A stretch of 64,000 nucleotides of DNA from Oceanicaulis sp. HLUCCA04 (lineage in GTDB: Bacteria > Pseudomonadota > Alphaproteobacteria > Caulobacterales > Maricaulaceae), in NCBI GenBank assembly GCA_001314625.1, contig LJSH01000003.1, forward strand, positions 171,454-235,453, in the 5' to 3' direction. Of the stretch, positions 29,238-39,539 are shown in pieces (position 1 is the stretch's first letter; each line of letters begins with the position of its first letter). The position numbers were made by a program, and so were the translations under genes. A model generated the notes under the pieces. It was not told the DNA's origin, searched no databases, and saw only the letters and a list, made by a program, of their open reading frames with translations.

Positions 29238-30542
29238 CTAGCCGTCCGCCTCCATGAGCGCGAATACGGCGTTTAGATAGGGATCATTCCCGCCGGCAAG
29301 GTCCTCATAGGTAAACATGGGCCGAATGTCAGGATCGAGGGTCTCGATGGCGATGGGGTGACGCCGGATCGAACCGTGGCAGTCCTCTTGCGGGCACCCG
29401 GTGACATAATTGTGCCGCTCGCGCGCCAGCCCGATATAGCGGCCTATGCCGGGCATTTGCGCAGGATCGCCCTCGGCCCAGAACTCCAGATGATCGCCGG
29501 CCGGCGCGCCCACGATAGTCACCAGGTCTCCGCCCGCCTGCTTGAGGTAGCCGGCGCTGCTGATACCCGCCGAGAAGGTGCGCCCCGAAGTGATGACGAA
29601 CACCCGTCCGCCGTTGCCGGCAATCTCAGGGATTGCTTGCATCAGATCGCGTGTATTGTTGAGATCGCCGCCGAGATTGAAGCGCTGGTCAACGATGACA
29701 TAGCGCGGAGCCGCAGCGCGCAGACGCCCGATCACGCTGGCCGCCTCGGCAGCCATGTCCGTCTCGCCGGTGAAGTCCACATTGCTGCGAAATTGCACGT
29801 AAACCGCATCGCGTTCAGCCAGCTCGACATATCGCATGGCCGCGTCTGGATCACGCAAATAAAGCGGATCGCCGTTGATGCGGCCCGCCTGGTATAGCTC
29901 TATCTCACGCGCGCCCGGCAGAATGGCGTCCAGCCCCTCAAGCGCAGGCCAGGCGTCCGTCGAGGGGATCACAATCTCGTCGCCGCCTTCAAGGACCGCC
30001 CGGACTTCGGTCCGCGAACGGGCAATCCCGGCAGCATGAAGCATGTCGGGGCTTTCGAGGAAATAATACATGAACTGATCGCGCCATCCCTGGCGGCCGG
30101 AGGCGTAGCGGGACCAGGCCCCCCGGAGCCCGGCCAGGCTTCGGCCTTCGACCGCGGTGACCCTTCGGCCTATCAGGTTCTCGAACTCCGGCTGCGCATC
30201 GGCAATCGTCAGCCCGTCATCACCCAAATAGAACCGGATTGCCAGGCGGGGATAATCGTTCGCCCAGCCGGTCGCCCACAGGGTGGAATACCCGTTGTCC
30301 GCCAGTGCGATGATTTCAGCCAGGGCCAGCTCGAACTGCGCGTTGCTCAGGGAGCTCGCCGAGGCAGACAAAGCCTCGAACTGCCGTTCCGCCTCGGCGC
30401 GCGCCTCGGCTGAGAAGCTGCGGTCTACGTCCAGAATCTGCTCCTGGAATGCGCGAAGGTCGACCGACCGGTCTGTTTGAGCACATGCCGGGGCGGCGAT
30501 TGCGGCAAGGGCTGCAATGCCTGAGAGAATGCACTTGAACAC
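29238..30542 (-). CDS. Secreted S41-like (tail-specific protease) protein
   Basis: Signal peptide; IVDQRFNLGGD (cf. DLRxNxGG) and TFSAG (cf. T.SA catalytic Ser); GTG start. Confidence 0.6.
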   Translation of the reverse strand: MFKCILSGIAALAAIAAPACAQTDRSVDLRAFQEQILDVDRSFSAEARAEAERQFEALSASASSLSNAQFELALAEIIALADNGYSTLWATGWANDYPRLAIRFYLGDDGLTIADAQPEFENLIGRRVTAVEGRSLAGLRGAWSRYASGRQGWRDQFMYYFLESPDMLHAAGIARSRTEVRAVLEGGDEIVIPSTDAWPALEGLDAILPGAREIELYQAGRINGDPLYLRDPDAAMRYVELAERDAVYVQFRSNVDFTGETDMAAEAASVIGRLRAAAPRYVIVDQRFNLGGDLNNTRDLMQAIPEIAGNGGRVFVITSGRTFSAGISSAGYLKQAGGDLVTIVGAPAGDHLEFWAEGDPAQMPGIGRYIGLARERHNYVTGCPQEDCHGSIRRHPIAIETLDPDIRPMFTYEDLAGGNDPYLNAVFALMEADG

Positions 30543-30619
30543 GACGATCCCCCTTCCTTTTTGACGCGCTTATATAGGCGAGGTGGAAGGATTGATCGTC
30601 TTAATAAATGGTCATTTGA

Positions 30620-31483
30620 TTATTTGCCGGGCGTCAGGCCAAGGCGCTTTGTGATGATATTGTCTGTCATCCGGCGCGGCATCACGCCCATCAGCCATTG
30701 GGTGAAGGGTTCAGGCGTGACGATTGTATTGAGTTTCGGCTTTGGCGATGTCACCGCCGCCCAGACCGCATCGGCTACTGCCGAGGGCGGCAGGCCGCTG
30801 CGTCCGCGCTCCAGCATGTAATTGACCAGCCGGCGGATGGGATTGATGTAGTCGGTTCCGGCATATTGCTCCGGGTTCACCGTCTCGGCCTTGTCCCAGA
30901 TCGGCGTGGCGATGGGCCCCGGATTGATGGCAACAACATCAATGCCATAGGGCATCAGCTCGCGACGCAAGCCTTGCGTGAACGCCTCCAGCGCAAATTT
31001 CGAACAGGCATAGGGCACCACAAACGGCGCGGCGCTGAAACCGGCAACCGAGGAGATATTCACGATCCGCCCCGGGGCGCCCGACAGGGTCCGGTCAGCG
31101 CCCAGCAGCGGACCGAACGCCTGCACCACGCGCAGCTGGCCGGTGACGTTCACATCCATCTGCTTTTCCATCTCCTTGATGGGCAGATGCAATAAGGGGC
31201 CAGCCACCGCAATACCGGCATTATTGACGAGGGCGCCGAGCTTGGCGCCCATCAGCGCCTCACGCACCACGTCACCGGCGCGGGCAATGGCGGGGCCATC
31301 GGTGACATCGAAGATGAGCGGGATCACTGCCTCGCCGATTTCGGCTTTCAGCCGCTCGCCATCCTCGGCCTTGCGTACGCTGGCAAAGACCTGCCAGCCT
31401 TCGGCCACAAATTTCTCCACGCACGCCCGGCCAATGCCGGTTGATGCGCCCGTTACCAGCGCGCTGCGCACCAGATCGTTCAT
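30620..31483 (-). CDS. SDR family oxidoreductase
   Basis: VTGASTGIG, LVNNAG, NISS, YACSK (YxxxK). Confidence 0.93.
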   Translation of the reverse strand: MNDLVRSALVTGASTGIGRACVEKFVAEGWQVFASVRKAEDGERLKAEIGEAVIPLIFDVTDGPAIARAGDVVREALMGAKLGALVNNAGIAVAGPLLHLPIKEMEKQMDVNVTGQLRVVQAFGPLLGADRTLSGAPGRIVNISSVAGFSAAPFVVPYACSKFALEAFTQGLRRELMPYGIDVVAINPGPIATPIWDKAETVNPEQYAGTDYINPIRRLVNYMLERGRSGLPPSAVADAVWAAVTSPKPKLNTIVTPEPFTQWLMGVMPRRMTDNIITKRLGLTPGK

Positions 31484-31571
31484 GTGTTTGGCCTCCCGCC
31501 CCCGTGTCGGCGCTTACGGTGACGCGCAGGGCAGGCGCGGTCAATCATCCAGCCCCGTGACACCCCCCGCA

Positions 31572-31599
31572 TTGACCTTGCGCCGAGCCGGATTATTGT
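31572..31599 (+). promoter_or_regulatory. Candidate sigma70 promoter of the sdh operon
   Basis: TTGACC-N16-TATTGT about 170 nt upstream of sdhC. Confidence 0.45.
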
Positions 31600-31766
31600 C
31601 TGGCGCCAACAGGCAAGGGGCGGCCTGACAGGACAAGACCGGCACCGGCTTTCATCCGGTTAAGGTATTGTCAGTCAAAGCACCGTCCTTTCCCCGTGAA
31701 GACACCCTCGCACAGGCTCCGCTGTCCAAAGCGGCGCTCTTTTCTTCAAGGCGGACATTAGCGCCC

Positions 31767-32162
31767 ATGGCGACCAAACCTCATCAGCCCCTGTCTCCCC
31801 ATCTGCAAAACTGGCGCTGGCACGCCACCATGGCCTCCTCCATCCTCCACAGGGCGACCGGGGTCGCGAACTATATCGGCGCGGTTCTGGTTTCTGTCTG
31901 GCTGGTCCTGCTGGCTGCCGGGCCGGACGCCTACGGCGTGTGGGAAGATCTCAATGCCGGCCCGCTCGGTATCCTGATCACGCTCGCCTTTATCGGCTTT
32001 ACCTTCTCGGTCAGCTTCCACCTGCTGAACGGTATCCGCCATCTGGTCTGGGATGCTGGCATCGGGTTTGACGCCAAGGGCTCGAACCTGCGCTCCATCC
32101 TGATTATTGGCGGCGCAGTGATCATCACGGCGGGCATCTGGATTGTGGGAGGGCTGGTGTAA
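31767..32162 (+). CDS. sdhC: Succinate dehydrogenase cytochrome b556 subunit
   Basis: PLSPHL, SILHRATG, FHLLNGIRHLVWD. Confidence 0.95.
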   Translation: MATKPHQPLSPHLQNWRWHATMASSILHRATGVANYIGAVLVSVWLVLLAAGPDAYGVWEDLNAGPLGILITLAFIGFTFSVSFHLLNGIRHLVWDAGIGFDAKGSNLRSILIIGGAVIITAGIWIVGGLV

Positions 32163-32539
32163 TGGGTGATTTTCGCACGCCTCTGGCCCGTGTTCGCGGC
32201 CTTGGCTCGGCCAAGTCCGGAACCGGCCATTTCATTGCCCAGCGTGTCAGCGCGATTGCGCTCGTGGTGCTGATGCCGCTGTTTCTGGTCATGCTGGCAA
32301 AGCATGCCGGCAGCGGATACGAGGCGGCTGCCGCTTTTGTCGGCTCGCCGCTGGGCGCGATCCTCACCTTGCTGGCGATGACTGCGGCGCTTTATCACAT
32401 GCGACTGGGTCTCCAGGTCGTTGTGGAGGACTACATCTACAAACCGGGCACCAAGGCCGCGCTCTTGATTCTCAACACCTTCGTGGCGGCGGGCCTGTGG
32501 ATCGCTGTTCTGTATTCCGTACTCGCGCTGGCGCGCTAG
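32162..32539 (+). CDS. sdhD: Succinate dehydrogenase membrane anchor
   Basis: GLGSAKSGTGHFIAQRVSA, HMRLGLQVVVEDY. Confidence 0.95.
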   Translation: MGDFRTPLARVRGLGSAKSGTGHFIAQRVSAIALVVLMPLFLVMLAKHAGSGYEAAAAFVGSPLGAILTLLAMTAALYHMRLGLQVVVEDYIYKPGTKAALLILNTFVAAGLWIAVLYSVLALAR

Positions 32540-32551
32540 GAGCTGGTTTTG

Positions 32552-34342
32552 ATGTCTGACTATAAATGGATCGACCACTCGTTTGATGTCGTTGTCGTGG
32601 GCGCGGGCGGATCGGGCCTGCGCGCGGCGCTGGGCGCGGCGCAAGCCGGGCTGAAGACCGCCTGCATCTCCAAGGTCTTCCCCACCCGCTCGCACACCGT
32701 GGCCGCGCAGGGCGGCATCTCGGCCAGCCTTGGCAATATGGGTCAGGATGACTGGCGCTGGCACATGTATGACACCGTAAAGGGGTCAGACTGGCTGGGT
32801 GATCAGGACGCGATTGAATATCTGTGCCGCGAGGCGCCGGCCGCCGTGTACGAGCTGGAGCACTGGGGCGTACCCTTCTCGCGCACCGAAGAGGGCAAGA
32901 TCTATCAGCGCGCCTTTGGCGGCATGACGAAGAATTACGGCGAAGGCCCGGTCCAGCGCACCTGCGCGGCGGCTGACCGTACCGGCCACGCAATCCTGCA
33001 CACGCTCTATGGCCAGTCTTTGCGCCACTCGACCGAGTTCTTCATCGAGTATTTCGCGCTTGATCTCATCATGGACGAGGACGGCGCCTGCCGGGGCGTC
33101 ACCGCGTGGAAGCTTGATGACGGCACGCTGCACCGCTTCCGCGCGCAGAAAACCATTCTGGCGACCGGCGGTTATGGCCGCGCCTATTTTTCCGCTACCA
33201 GCGCCCATACCTGCACTGGCGACGGCAATGCCATGGTCCTGCGCGCCGGCCTGCCCTTGCAGGACATGGAGTTTGTCCAGTTCCACCCGACCGGGATTTA
33301 CGGCGCGGGCTGCCTGATCACGGAAGGCGCGCGCGGCGAGGGCGGATACCTGACCAATTCCGAAGGCGAGCGCTTCATGGAGCGCTATGCGCCGTCGGCC
33401 AAGGATCTGGCCAGCCGCGATGTCGTCTCGCGCTCGATGACGATCGAGATCCGCGAAGGGCGCGGCGTCGGCCCGGACAAGGACCATATCTATCTGCACC
33501 TCGATCATCTGGACCCCAAAGTGCTGCACGAGCGCCTGCCAGGCATTTCGGAAAGCGCGAAAATCTTCGCCGGTGTGGATGTCACGCGCGAGCCGATCCC
33601 GGTCCTGCCGACCGTTCACTATAATATGGGCGGTATCCCGACCAATTATCACGGCGAAGTGCTGACCAAGATTGGCGGCGATCCTGACACGGTTGTGCCC
33701 GGCCTGATGGCGGTGGGCGAAGCGGCCTGCGTGTCGGTCCACGGCGCGAACCGGCTCGGTTCAAACTCGCTGATCGATCTGGTGGTGTTTGGCCGGGCGG
33801 CGGGCCTGCGCTGCGCGGAGACAACGCAGAGCGGCGCGACACAGGCCGAATTGCCCAAGAATGCGGGCGAGGCGACGCTGGCCCGCTTTGACCGTCTGCG
33901 CCATGCCGATGGCGGCACGCCGACCGCCCGCCTGCGCCTCGACATGCAGCGCGCCATGCAGGAAAACTGCGCCGTCTTCCGCACTAAAGACGTGCTGGAC
34001 GAGGGCGTGGAGCGCATCGCCAAAGTGGTCTCCGGCTCTGCCGATATCGCGATTAAAGACCGCTCTATGATCTGGAATACGGACCTTGTCGAAGCGCTGG
34101 AGTTTGACAATCTCATCGCCCAGGCCGCTGTCACCGTGAACTCGGCCGCGGCGCGCACCGAGAGCCGCGGTGCCCATGCGCGCGAGGATTTCCCCGACCG
34201 CGATGACACAAAATGGATGAAGCACACGCTCGCCTGGTACGAGGAGACGACCGGCAAGGTGACGCTGGGTGACCGTCCGGTGCATGAATACACGCTCTCC
34301 AACGACATCGCCTATATCGAGCCGAAGGCCCGGGTCTACTAG
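32552..34342 (+). CDS. sdhA: Succinate dehydrogenase flavoprotein
   Basis: [18 protein letters not shown] (FAD His), QFHPTG, HYNMGG, HGANRLG. Confidence 0.98.
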   Translation: MSDYKWIDHSFDVVVVGAGGSGLRAALGAAQAGLKTACISKVFPTRSHTVAAQGGISASLGNMGQDDWRWHMYDTVKGSDWLGDQDAIEYLCREAPAAVYELEHWGVPFSRTEEGKIYQRAFGGMTKNYGEGPVQRTCAAADRTGHAILHTLYGQSLRHSTEFFIEYFALDLIMDEDGACRGVTAWKLDDGTLHRFRAQKTILATGGYGRAYFSATSAHTCTGDGNAMVLRAGLPLQDMEFVQFHPTGIYGAGCLITEGARGEGGYLTNSEGERFMERYAPSAKDLASRDVVSRSMTIEIREGRGVGPDKDHIYLHLDHLDPKVLHERLPGISESAKIFAGVDVTREPIPVLPTVHYNMGGIPTNYHGEVLTKIGGDPDTVVPGLMAVGEAACVSVHGANRLGSNSLIDLVVFGRAAGLRCAETTQSGATQAELPKNAGEATLARFDRLRHADGGTPTARLRLDMQRAMQENCAVFRTKDVLDEGVERIAKVVSGSADIAIKDRSMIWNTDLVEALEFDNLIAQAAVTVNSAAARTESRGAHAREDFPDRDDTKWMKHTLAWYEETTGKVTLGDRPVHEYTLSNDIAYIEPKARVY

Positions 34343-34369
34343 ACCGACCGCAAACAGGACACGACTGAC

Positions 34370-35149
34370 ATGGTCCAGCTGACACTGCCGAAAAACTCGC
34401 AAGTCAAAAAAGGCAAGGCCTGGCCGAAGCCGGAGGGCGCGAAGAACACGCGCGCCTTCAAGGTCTACCGCTATGATCCCGATACGGGCGAGAATCCGCG
34501 CTGGGACACCTATGAAGTGGACATGGACCGGTGCGGGCCGATGGTGCTGGACGCGCTGTTCTTCATCAAGAACGAGATCGATTCCACGCTGGCCTTCCGC
34601 CGCTCCTGCCGCGAGGGGATTTGCGGCTCCTGCTCGATGAATATTGGCGGGCGCAACACGATTGCCTGCACCGCCGCCATTGATGACTACAAGGGCAGCG
34701 TCACCATCTCGCCTCTGCCGCACCAGCCGGTGATCAAGGATCTGGTGCCGGACCTGACCAATTTCTACGCCCAGCTGACCAGTATCAAACCCTTCCTGCA
34801 AACCACCACACCAACCCCGCAGGGCGAGTGGCGCCAGTCTATCGAGGACCGCGAAAAGCTCGACGGGCTTTATGAGTGTATCCTGTGCGCCTCGTGCTCG
34901 ACCGCCTGCCCGTCCTATTGGTGGAATTCAGACAAGTATCTGGGCCCCGCCGCATTGCTTCAGGCCTATCGCTGGATCGCCGACAGCCGCGACGAGGCCA
35001 CCGGCGAGCGCCTCGATGACCTTGAAGACCCGTTCAAGCTCTATCGCTGCCACACGATTCTGAACTGCACCAATGTGTGTCCGAAGGGCCTCAACCCCGC
35101 CAAAGCGATCGGCCATATCAAGGAATTGCTGGTCGAACGGCAGGGGTGA
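34370..35149 (+). CDS. sdhB: Succinate dehydrogenase iron-sulfur subunit
   Basis: [35 protein letters not shown]. Confidence 0.98.
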   Translation: MVQLTLPKNSQVKKGKAWPKPEGAKNTRAFKVYRYDPDTGENPRWDTYEVDMDRCGPMVLDALFFIKNEIDSTLAFRRSCREGICGSCSMNIGGRNTIACTAAIDDYKGSVTISPLPHQPVIKDLVPDLTNFYAQLTSIKPFLQTTTPTPQGEWRQSIEDREKLDGLYECILCASCSTACPSYWWNSDKYLGPAALLQAYRWIADSRDEATGERLDDLEDPFKLYRCHTILNCTNVCPKGLNPAKAIGHIKELLVERQG

Positions 35150-35160
35150 AACACCTGAAC

Positions 35161-35290
35161 CCCCGGACGGCGAAGCCGATCCGGGGCCTGTTGCAGAACT
35201 GGTTGATAGAGACCCCGGATCGCTTCGCGTCCGGGGTTTCAGCGTTTTGACTGCCTCTCCACCGGGGTCCCCCGCCCCGACGGGGGACCC
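35161..35290. repeat. Inverted pair of CCCCGGA..TCCGGGG palindromes plus one GGGTCCCCCG-family REP
   Basis: CCCCGGACGGCGAAGCCGATCCGGGG 35161-35186; GACCCCGGATCGCTTCGCGTCCGGGGT 35211-35237; CTCTCCACCGGGGTCCCCCGCCCCGACGGGGGACCC 35255-35290. Confidence 0.85.
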
Positions 35291-35402
35291 ATTTTTCAAT
35301 ACAGCAAGCTGGTGGATGATAGTGCGTTTTCCCGGCTCAAGTCTGGATCCCGTCTGGCTGGACACCGGCGGATCCCGGTGAAACGCGTTAAAGTTTCTTT
35401 CT

Positions 35403-35494
35403 CTTCGTCACCCCCGCGCAGGCGGGGGTCCAGCGATCGTCGCGTCAGGACCGAAGCCGTGGCTCTGGGTTCCCGCCTGCGCGGGAACGACGAA
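35403..35494. repeat. CGTC-tagged REP doublet (92 bp)
   Basis: CTTCGTCACCCCCGCGCAGGCGGGGGTCCAG ... CTGGGTTCCCGCCTGCGCGGGAACGACGAA. Confidence 0.9.
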
Positions 35495-35614
35495 AAAGGG
35501 GCATCTCAAAGGTTCAAGTGCCCCGGCGCTAAGCGCCGCAAGGGGAACCGCCCGCTCGCGGCCAACACCGCCTTCCCCCTTCCCCGAATCCTCCCCTGCC
35601 GCTACACCACATCC

Positions 35615-36196
35615 ATGAAATCGATCTGTGTGTATTGCGGGGCGAGCCCCGGCGGCGACCCTGCCTATGCGGCGATGGCAAGGCAGGTGGGGCATCACCT
35701 CGCCACTGAAGGCTACCGGCTGGTCTATGGCGGCGGGCAGGTGGGGCTGATGGGCGTGCTGGCCGATGCGGCGGTGGATGCCGGCGGCGCAGTGACCGGC
35801 GTGATCCCCGATTTTCTCCATCACCGCGAAATTGCCCATCCGCGCGTGGCCGATATGCGCATCGTCACCTCCATGCATGAGCGCAAGCATGTGATGGCCG
35901 AGGAATCCGATGCCTTCATCGCGCTGCCCGGCGGTATCGGCACCATGGAAGAGCTGTTCGAGATATGGACCTGGAGCGCGCTGGGCCGGCACACCAAGCC
36001 GGTCGGGCTGATCAATGTGAACGGCTATTATGACGGCCTGCTGGCCTTTCTCGACCGGATGCAGGCCGATGGTTTTGTGCAAGGCCCGCATCGCGAGATG
36101 CTGTTTTCAGGCGGCGATGTGGGCGATGTTCTGGCCCGCATGGCCGACTATGACCATCCCGGCATGATTCCCTCGCTTGAACGCGCGCGCATGTAG
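35615..36196 (+). CDS. LOG family (TIGR00730) nucleotide 5'-monophosphate nucleosidase
   Basis: [36 protein letters not shown] (PGGxGTxxE). Confidence 0.93.
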   Translation: MKSICVYCGASPGGDPAYAAMARQVGHHLATEGYRLVYGGGQVGLMGVLADAAVDAGGAVTGVIPDFLHHREIAHPRVADMRIVTSMHERKHVMAEESDAFIALPGGIGTMEELFEIWTWSALGRHTKPVGLINVNGYYDGLLAFLDRMQADGFVQGPHREMLFSGGDVGDVLARMADYDHPGMIPSLERARM

Positions 36197-36213
36197 GGTG
36201 TATCGCCAGTCCC

Positions 36214-37287
36214 ATGCGCTTGCCCGACCAGAAACTTGAACAGATTCTCGACCGCTTCGACCAGATCGAGGCGCGCCTTGGCGCGGCCAGCGAGGGTGAC
36301 GAGATTGTGCGCCTGTCGCGCGAGCACTCCGAGCTCAAAGAGGTGACGCAGAAGGCGCGCGAGCTGAAATCGGCGCGCGTGCAGCTCGCCGAGGCCGAGA
36401 CCATCATCGCCGAAGGTGGCGACAAGGACATGGCCGAGCTGGCCCAGGAAGAGCGCGCGGAGCTCAAAGAGCGCATCCCCGCGCTCGAGCGCGAACTGCA
36501 GCTCCTTCTCCTGCCGAAAGACAAGGACGACGAGGCCAGCGTCATTCTGGAAATCCGCGCCGGCACGGGCGGAGATGAAGCCGCGCTGTTCGCCGGCGAC
36601 CTGTTTGCCATGTATCAGCGCCATGCCTCCAAGGAGGGATGGAAGGTTGAAGTGTTGTCGGCCAGCGATAGCGAGGTTGGCGGCTACAAGGAGGTCATCG
36701 CCTCGGTCAACGGGCGCGGCGTGTTCGGCAAGCTGAAGTTTGAATCCGGCGTTCACCGCGTCCAGCGCGTGCCGGCCACCGAGGCGGGCGGGCGTATCCA
36801 CACCAGCGCCGCCACCGTCGCCGTACTGCCCGAACCGGAAGATGTGGATATTGAAATCCGTGACGAGGATATCCGCATCGATACGATGCGTGCCTCGGGC
36901 GCCGGCGGCCAGCACGTCAACAAGACGGACTCTGCCGTGCGCATGACACACCTGCCCACCGGCATCGTGGTGATCAGCCAGGAAAAATCCCAGCACCAGA
37001 ACCGCGCCATCGCCATGCAGGTGATGAAGACCCGCCTGTACGAGAAGGAGCGCGCCGAAAAGGACGCCGCCCGCGCCGCAGAGCGAAAAGGCCAGGTCGG
37101 GTCCGGCGACCGCTCTGAACGCATCCGCACCTATAATTACCCGCAAGGGCGCGTTACCGATCACCGCATCAATCTGACGCTCTACAAGCTGCCGGAAATT
37201 GTCTCCGGCGAGGCGCTGGGCGAGGTGATCGACGCGCTGCTGGCGGAGGATCAGGCCGCGCGCCTTGCCGCCATGGATGAAGGGTAA
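36214..37287 (+). CDS. prfA: Peptide chain release factor 1
   Basis: [14 protein letters not shown] (PxT), [15 protein letters not shown] (GGQ), [16 protein letters not shown]. Confidence 0.98.
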   Translation: MRLPDQKLEQILDRFDQIEARLGAASEGDEIVRLSREHSELKEVTQKARELKSARVQLAEAETIIAEGGDKDMAELAQEERAELKERIPALERELQLLLLPKDKDDEASVILEIRAGTGGDEAALFAGDLFAMYQRHASKEGWKVEVLSASDSEVGGYKEVIASVNGRGVFGKLKFESGVHRVQRVPATEAGGRIHTSAATVAVLPEPEDVDIEIRDEDIRIDTMRASGAGGQHVNKTDSAVRMTHLPTGIVVISQEKSQHQNRAIAMQVMKTRLYEKERAEKDAARAAERKGQVGSGDRSERIRTYNYPQGRVTDHRINLTLYKLPEIVSGEALGEVIDALLAEDQAARLAAMDEG

Positions 37288-37296
37288 AACTTTATA

Positions 37297-37388
37297 TTCG
37301 TCGTTCCCGCTTGAGGCGGGAACCCGGAGCCGCATCCAACGTCTGAGCCCTATGATCTCTGGACCCCCACCTTCGTGGGGTGACGAAG
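37297..37388. repeat. CGTC-tagged REP doublet (92 bp), inverted relative to 35403-35494
   Basis: TTCGTCGTTCCCGCTTGAGGCGGGAACCCGG ... CTGGACCCCCACCTTCGTGGGGTGACGAAG; a further degenerate unit at 37498-37523. Confidence 0.88.
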
Positions 37389-37546
37389 TGATATGTGAAA
37401 GGATGCGTGCCTGCCTCCCGAATGCTCCTCTCTGCCGCTCGCCCTGATGCGCCGTGCGCGGAACGTCGCGGATTGCTGCGCGTTGGGCCGGAGAACAGGT
37501 ATTCCGGCCTCCGCCGGGACAAGGATGTAAAGGCGGCACGCACGTG

Positions 37547-38389
37547 ATGACTCTCCACACCCTCGTGAAAGCGGCGGCGGCCCGCCTTGCAGATGCAGGC
37601 ATCGACGACGCACAGGACGATGCGCGCCGGCTCCTGCGTCATGCGCTGGGACTGGACGCGGCGGGCATGGTTGCGCGCGGGCAGGCGCCCTTGAGCGATG
37701 AGGAAGCCGCCCGCTTCGAGGCGCTGATAGCCCGGCGCGCCTTGCGCGAGCCCTTGTCCCATATCATCGGCATGCAGCCCTTCTGGACGTTCGAGCTGGA
37801 AGTCAGCCGCGACGTGCTGACCCCGCGCAGTGACACCGAGACGCTCGTTCGCGCCGCGCTGGGCGCATTGGCGAATCACGACGCAGGCGTGCGCATTCTC
37901 GACATTGCCACCGGATCAGGCGCGATTGCTCTGGCACTTTTGAGCGAATTGCCTGACGCCAGCGCTGTCGCGACAGACATTTCCCCGCCCGCCCTGGAGA
38001 TCGCCAGATCCAACGCAGACCGGCTGGGACTTGCCGGACGGATCGCCTTTCATGAGACCTCCTGGGCGGACGGGCTTGAAGGCCCGTTTGACCTTATCGT
38101 GTCCAACCCGCCCTATATCGACAGCGCGGTCATTCCCACGCTGGAGCCTGAAGTTTCTGAATTTGAACCGCTTCTGGCACTCAATGGCGGGGAGGGCGGA
38201 TTGGCCCCCTATCCGCACCTGCTGGAAGAGGCGCGCCGCTTGCTGACACCCGGCGGCCATGTCTTCTTCGAGATTGGCCACGATCAGGGCGCGGCGGTGT
38301 GTGAACTGGCCCGCATGCGCGGCTTTGATGGTCCACGCATCATCGCCGATCTGGCCGGACATGGCCGCGTGCTGGCACTCCATGACTGA
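37547..38389 (+). CDS. prmC: Release factor glutamine methyltransferase
   Basis: REPLSHIIG..PFW, PRSDTETLV, LDIATGSG, VSNPPYI, FEIGHDQ. Confidence 0.95.
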   Translation: MTLHTLVKAAAARLADAGIDDAQDDARRLLRHALGLDAAGMVARGQAPLSDEEAARFEALIARRALREPLSHIIGMQPFWTFELEVSRDVLTPRSDTETLVRAALGALANHDAGVRILDIATGSGAIALALLSELPDASAVATDISPPALEIARSNADRLGLAGRIAFHETSWADGLEGPFDLIVSNPPYIDSAVIPTLEPEVSEFEPLLALNGGEGGLAPYPHLLEEARRLLTPGGHVFFEIGHDQGAAVCELARMRGFDGPRIIADLAGHGRVLALHD

Positions 38390-38655
38390 AAAAGACTTGG
38401 AAATGACTTGCGGATAAGGCTAGGTTGTTCCCGGTACAGCGATTGTGGCGCGCCGGAACGGGGCTGTTACAACTGAAAAGTGGCAAGTGCCCCTCGCTGT
38501 AATACCGGCTCTCATCTTGCAGAGACATGCAGCACCGTCACACAGGTGCGTCATGGCTTGGCGCAACGCGACCCCAGGCACGGGCCCGCAGGATAAGACC
38601 ATAGAGGACAGGTACTCCACGACATGACGGTCACCAAATGAGGACCCACCACGAT

Positions 38656-39378
38656 ATGAAGCGTCAACGCGGCCGCGGGCGTAAGCCCAATAATAACAAC
38701 CAGGGCAATCGTAATTTCGAGAGCAATGGTCCGGACGTGAAAATTCGGGGCAATGCGGCCCATATTTACGAAAAATATCTGCAGCTTGCCCGCGACGCCT
38801 CCTCCTCTGGCGACCGGGTGATGGCCGAGAATTATTATCAGCATGCCGAGCACTATTTCCGCATTCTGCAGGTCATCCAGCCGCGCCGCGATGATCGCGA
38901 CCAGAATGATGATGATGCTGACGACAATGATGGCGGCGATGACCGCCATTCTCATCAGACCCAGCGCCATGGCGGCGACAACGCCAATAATGACCGCAAT
39001 GATGGCCAGAACACCCAGCGCCAGAACGCTGACCGGCAGGATGGCGACCGTCAGGGCGGCGAGCAGCAGCAACCGCGTCCGCGCCGGGACCGCCGGCCGC
39101 CCCGCCGGCCTGATGGCGACAGCCGGCCAAACGGCCAAGGCGCGCAGGCCCCCAAGGCAGGTGGCGATGACAATGCAGCCGCCGACCCGCTGCGCATGGT
39201 AGATCCGGGCGCCAGTGCCAGCGCTGCCGCCCAGCCCGGCCCCGGCAATACTGATCAGCCGGGCGATGACACTCCCCGTCCGGCCCGCACACGGCGTCCG
39301 CGGCGTTCCGCCGCCGACAAGGAAGCTGAAGCTGCCCTGAAATCCGCTTCCGGCGGTGATGGCGAGGCGGCGGCTTAG
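38656..39378 (+). CDS. DUF4167 domain protein with disordered N/D/Q/R-rich tail
   Basis: RNFESNGPDVKIRGNAAHIYEKYLQLARDA..SGDRVMAENYYQHAEHY; typical position between prmC and clpB. Confidence 0.9.
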   Translation: MKRQRGRGRKPNNNNQGNRNFESNGPDVKIRGNAAHIYEKYLQLARDASSSGDRVMAENYYQHAEHYFRILQVIQPRRDDRDQNDDDADDNDGGDDRHSHQTQRHGGDNANNDRNDGQNTQRQNADRQDGDRQGGEQQQPRPRRDRRPPRRPDGDSRPNGQGAQAPKAGGDDNAAADPLRMVDPGASASAAAQPGPGNTDQPGDDTPRPARTRRPRRSAADKEAEAALKSASGGDGEAAA

Positions 39379-39401
39379 GGTCTCCGGTCTTTTCCCGAAG
39401 T

Positions 39402-39539
39402 CTCCTCCGGGGTTTCCCGCCCTGACGGGAGACCCAATCTTTGCAGCGCCATCAGAGTGTTCAGCTCCGGGTACAGATCGCGCCATTCGCGCGGACCAAC
39501 CCCTTTTTCCGGGTCTCCCGTCGGCGCGGGAGACCCCGG
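39402..39539. repeat. REP doublet (degenerate GGGTCYCCCG family) enclosing a probable gene remnant
   Basis: CTCCTCCGGGGTTTCCCGCCCTGACGGGAGACCC 39402-39435 and GGGTCTCCCGTCGGCGCGGGAGACCCCGG 39511-39539; the minus strand of the spacer reads EWRDLYPEL. Confidence 0.8.

Noticed and set aside
35312-35614. N-terminal extension of the LOG ORF (likewise ctrA 54044-54130, cheY 49941-50186, marC 17934-18110)
   Set aside because: Extensions run through repeats or promoter DNA; family-typical starts lie downstream
37395-37430. VKGCVPASR reading after the CGTC doublet, vaguely like a GIY-YIG N-terminus
   Set aside because: Too short, and lacks the YIL/GTLY residues; not distinguishable from chance
38480-38545. 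Loose resemblance to a cobalamin riboswitch (GCCCCTCGCTGTAA; CAGAGACATGC)
   Set aside because: Lacks the GGGAA/CCGGTG..ATCCG core, and the downstream gene is unrelated to B12. Kept only as a generic structured leader.
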